A DNA stretch of 64,000 nt from Potamilus streckersoni (taxonomy: Eukaryota): contig JAEAOA010001935.1 of assembly GCA_016746295.1 (NCBI GenBank), positions 356,430 to 420,429 of the forward strand, read 5' to 3'. How positions within the stretch are numbered: position 1 is the stretch's first letter; every line of letters starts with the position of its first letter. The translations under genes and the position numbers were made by a program. Positions 61,523 through 64,000 of the stretch are shown piece by piece. The notes beneath the pieces are model-generated. The model was not told the origin of the DNA and did not search any database. It was given only the letters and a program-made list of their open reading frames with translations.

Positions 61523-64000
61523 CATTTCTTGCTTCACTTCCACTTCTCCCTGTTGAGCTCTCACTTCTCCCTGTTCTGCCCAAAAGGAGAAGTCACTTCT
61601 GCCTAAAATTCAAGACTAGCTTGACCCCTGCTTGGTGTTCAAGGTAATGCCTGACACAAGTCTTGTTCCAGTTATTCCACAATACATTAACAGTCTTGGT
61701 GTTCAAATTGCTGCCTAACACAAGTAACCAAGTGTTCAACATGTTACACAAGTAACAGTTAAAGTTATGCCCAACATAGATAATAATCTTGGTGACCAAA
61801 TTAATGCTACTACAAATTTCCTGAAGAAAATGAGTAAGCATATGAGAGCCTATTAAATACAGAAAATGCATTCTTAAAAAATGTATAAATTTCAAGTTGT
61901 TAAAGACAATAGTTTTAAAAAAGTATACAAAATATTAAACAACTGTCTTCAATCAGATAAAATGCTTCAATGTCTTTCAATAAAAGGCAACATCACAAAC
62001 AAGCAAAGGCTACACATAAAAATCAACAGTAATTGCTGTTGGCAATATATCTCAGTTATGTTTTCAAGTCAAATATTCAATGTTATTAATCTCCTAATAT
62101 TCTTTATATCTTAAAACATATTGCACATTACAGCATTTGATTTTGCAGCTTAAAAGGTTTTGTTTTTTACTCCCTAGTGTATTACATTGATAAGGTTTTT
62201 AGTAAAATCATAATAACTTAATTATACCATAATCCACCACAATAGCACAAATGTTGATATATAGCATGTTTCAAGTGTTGTAAACATTAAAGTGGGTATT
62301 ATATATTAAAAACCCTAGCAAGATTACGCTAAACCAACAAGTAGTTCTTCACCCTTTTTTCTGATATTGTGGTGGGGACAAACAATGCTGGAACTATTTA
62401 TGATAGAGTTTTCCACCCAACTGATGTATATAGATGGTATGTAAAATCCATCTTCTTCTGATGTAAGACTTAAACACAGCCATGTTCCATATCCATCTTC
62501 TTCTGATGTAAGACTTAAACACAGCCATGTTCTTAGTGATATAATCCTCACAAGATGGTCTTCACAAATCATTTTTACTTAGGGGTGGTGCTGACTTCTA
62601 CCCATGCATCAGCAATTTAAAATTTCAGCTCAATAACTGATGCATAAACAGGTGTTCTGTTATGAGAGATTCTGTTATAAAAAAAAAAGTGAGTGGGTTA
62701 AAAGAAGAGGAATTTTAATTACAATCTCATACAAAGGTCATTGGTCTTGGTCCCATGCAGCAATAGAAATGAAAAGGTTGGATTAGGTAAAACACTGAGA
62801 CAAGACAAAAATGGGAGGAAGCTAACAAAACATCTTATAATACTCTCTAGCTTGACAGTATAATTAGTTGATTCCAACTGTCTGTATCTTTATCTGGAAA
62901 CATAAACAATAATAGAAAACAGTAGTCCATTTCATATTTTAAGTAAAAAGTTGTGACCATAAGATCCATCAATTTTACTTTACACAACAGTGCATTACTA
63001 GCTGATCACCTTGTTTCAGAATGATTCACAAATAAAAGCAAGCACCGACTTATAAATTTGTATATGTAATTATGGATAATGCAACTCTTCAAGTTGACAT
63101 GTAAATTAGAATTCATTTATAAATTTAACTTGACGAATGGATTTATAATCCAAAAATGATATGTACATTTTAATGATTTTCTCTATTAATAACCTGTAAG
63201 TGGGTCGAAATCAATTACAGTGATTCTTAACGACTCCATCCCCATACATACAACCAGTCTTTCCAGTTTTAAATGCTAAGAAGTTGCTTTTGCAATGTTG
63301 ATGGTTTACAGGGTAAAACACTACCCCATCATTTCATTTGCATGCAAATCATGGGGTTCCAGATAGACGGTTTTCGAGGGGTTTTTTTTAATGTTGTCGC
63401 GCCATTTTTGTGAATCCAAATGGTCCTTTTGTATGTCTATTTTTACATTACCCACATTTTTGATATAACATTTTTACAGTTAATATTGTCATCGGTGCAT
63501 GCAAATTTTAAAAGTATTTACATGTAAATTAAAAAGTAGTCCTGACCAACTGATGAATTCTTACTTAGGTCCGATCAACAGCTTTCATAATTCCTGCACT
63601 CGATCCCAATGCATTATTGCTTCCTACGAGCGAATGAGGACAATATGCTGCCAATTTTAGAAAAGTCTCACATTGCTCTGTTATTTTTCTCTAACATAGT
63701 GCATGTATTTGTTACTGAGCTGCAAACCAGTCTAAAGATAGGCAGTAACCAATCTTAGTCAAAAACTAGTATCTTGATATGGGTGCGGAAATTTCATCTA
63801 GCTCTCTTTTCTAATATTTCCAACACAAATTTCTTATATTTCCACTGAAAAAAAAATATTTTCCTAGGCAAGGGCAATTACTTTTGATTTTAAAAAACTA
63901 TACATTGTCTGGATTGATCATAACTAAAATCCCAAATCATTGGTTCGCGTTTTTTTTTTTAACGATATAAAAACCTGGTCTCATTAAACAATAAATTAAA

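Overview
The window is AT-rich eukaryotic (most likely invertebrate metazoan) nuclear DNA, not prokaryotic. It has no operons, rRNA genes or CRISPR arrays. It is repeat-dense and appears to be mostly intron sequence of one large minus-strand gene. By hand I can chain nine minus-strand exons with canonical GT/AG splice sites and unbroken codon-phase continuity: 60052->59881, 58128->58003, 45692->45543, 43196->43071, 40594->40442, 36120->35862, 23560->23166, 16127->15950 and 9638->9379. Together they encode an N-terminal coiled coil, an acidic/Ser-rich region, AT-hook exons (GRPRKRP), C2H2 zinc fingers, a degenerate ~19-aa repeat exon and an acidic tail.

The introns carry the following mobile elements and repeats:
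- Two tRNA-derived SINE families, both with target-site duplications and all eight full copies on the minus strand.
- A 5'-truncated CR1/L2-like LINE fragment with a reverse-transcriptase remnant, plus two further 3'-end fragments with (ATT)n tails.
- Several MITEs.
- A 1.8-kb Tc1/mariner-like non-autonomous TIR element with a TA duplication, inserted into a 35-bp satellite array of about 2 kb.
- Many minisatellite and microsatellite arrays.
- A tandem macro-duplication of about 4.8 kb that duplicates one exon pair.

The most striking locus is a three-level nested transposon. An apparently intact hAT-type element (4,143 bp, CAGGGTTCC termini, uninterrupted 774-aa transposase ORF, subterminal repeats) sits precisely inside the coding sequence of a decayed pogo/Tigger-like element (CAGTCAAACCC termini, TA duplication, transposase with frameshifts and a stop). 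That pogo element in turn sits inside a ~1.1-kb MITE-like element that entered one copy of the macro-duplication. Coordinates 19.5-22.9 kb carry multi-frame coding remnants, possibly virus/Polinton-like, with a weak adenain-like motif. All calls come from reading the sequence directly; no database search was possible.
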